From contig NC_059426.1 in the NCBI RefSeq assembly GCF_021028975.2, positions 120,094,001-120,158,000 of the forward strand: a DNA stretch of 64,000 nt, read 5' to 3'. Both the position numbers and the translations under genes were made by a program. The notes beneath the pieces are model-generated. The model searched no databases and was not told the origin of the DNA. It saw nothing but the letters and a program-made list of their open reading frames with translations. Shown here piece by piece: positions 62,922 through 64,000 of this stretch (positions are counted from its first letter, which is position 1; the number at the start of each line of letters is the position of its first letter). Source of the DNA: Sphaerodactylus townsendi (taxonomy: Eukaryota).

Positions 62922-62923
<2 letters not shown>

Positions 62924-62978
<55 letters not shown>
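62924..62978. repeat. (TG)n microsatellite
   Basis: Uninterrupted dinucleotide run. Confidence 0.98.
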
Positions 62979-62980
<2 letters not shown>

Positions 62981-63460
62981 CGCGCACACACTATTCCTCC
63001 TATCTATGAACAAATGTGCAGGTTTGAAATGCCCTTTTTGACATGGCATCAAATAAGCACCAAAATGGTAACAGTTTAATTTTTGTAATCATCACTGGCT
63101 GACTCATTTGCTCACTGTCTTATACTCTAACAGTGAAATGAGCCAGTTTTGAGGATACTTAAATCCAGTGATTAGAGCTGTGAATGAGTCAGACAGAATT
63201 TTTCTCCAAAGCTGAAAAACACCCCAGGTTTGCAGATAAATCTGAAATATTAAAAAAAAAATACATTGGAGTTTTTGAAAACTCAAAATGATAAACAAAC
63301 ACTTTTTGCTTTAACAACTACATTCCCACAGTGACTGCTGCGAGCCATTCACAGCATTCCAGGCAGGGTTTCAGTGAATACAAGGCAGGGGGAAGGGGGA
63401 AAGGTCTTTTCCAAGGCTGTTTTAGCCTCTGAGTGAGGGCTCATTGGAGCCAGGTCTGAC

Positions 63461-63662
63461 TAGAATTGCTAGCTATATGTTGGGAAATTCCTGGAGATTT
63501 TCTGGTGGAGTCTGAGGAGGGAAGTGTGGGGCCTCATCCACATACAATGCCACGGAATCCACCCTCCAAAGCAGCCATTTTCTTCAGCAGGCAGATTGCT
63601 GTCATTTGGAGACCTGTTGAAATTCAGGAAGATTCCCAGGTCCCACTAGAGGTTGGCATCCC
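63461..63662. mobile_element. Degraded MITE of the TAGGGTTGCCA..TGGCAACCCTA type
   Basis: Degenerate ends tagaattgcta ... ggttggcatccc. Confidence 0.4.
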
Positions 63663-63771
63663 AAGGCAAAGCAGTGAACACCTGGTGAAGTGACATCACC
63701 TGACTTGCATGACTCAACTAGGCCTAACTAACTGCTTGCTACTGTTCAGCAGCAGCCACACTATGAAAGCT

Positions 63772-63960
63772 ATTGTGATGTAGCGATTAGAGCAGTTAGA
63801 GTCTCAGAGCAGGGTCTGGGAGACCAAATTCCCATCTTGCTTTGGAAGCTAACTGGGTAATTTCAGCCTAACTTTCCTCACAGGGTTGCTGTGTGGATAA
63901 ATGGAGAGGAGACTAATTTAAACTGTTTTTGTCTCCACTGAGGAGAAAAACTGTAGTATT
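63772..63960 (+). mobile_element. Old degraded SINE
   Basis: tRNA-like start and core tcagcctaac..cctcacagggttg.tgtg.ggataaa. Confidence 0.45.
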
Positions 63961-64000
63961 CCTAAGTGTGGTCTGTGGAGCAGGGAGTTGGAAAACATAA

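Overview
Vertebrate genomic DNA, inferred from its repeat families to be squamate and probably gecko. The only host gene I can support is the 3' half of SMOC1 on the + strand. It has seven coding exons, all with in-phase GT-AG junctions, encoding a linker, the second thyroglobulin type-1 domain, the extracellular EF-hand (EC) domain and the C-terminus; the ORF track mostly misses them. These include a 51-nt cassette-type exon (45972-46022) and a TAGTAG tandem acceptor on the last exon, followed by a 3' UTR. The rest is intron or intergenic sequence packed with transposons: a near full-length CR1 LINE with intact esterase ORF1, three L1 remnants, two L2-like fragments, a Penelope fragment, tRNA-derived SINEs, PIF/Harbinger-, hAT- and Tc1/mariner-type non-autonomous elements, a Helitron and a solo LTR with a 6-bp TSD. 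There are two assembly gaps. I found no convincing novel protein-coding system. The best leads are SMOC1 C-terminal splicing, the young-looking solo LTR, the possibly intact CR1, perfect or near-perfect palindromes, and candidate regulatory motif clusters. Exon numbers and ortholog comparisons are from memory of mammalian SMOC1, not from a database search.
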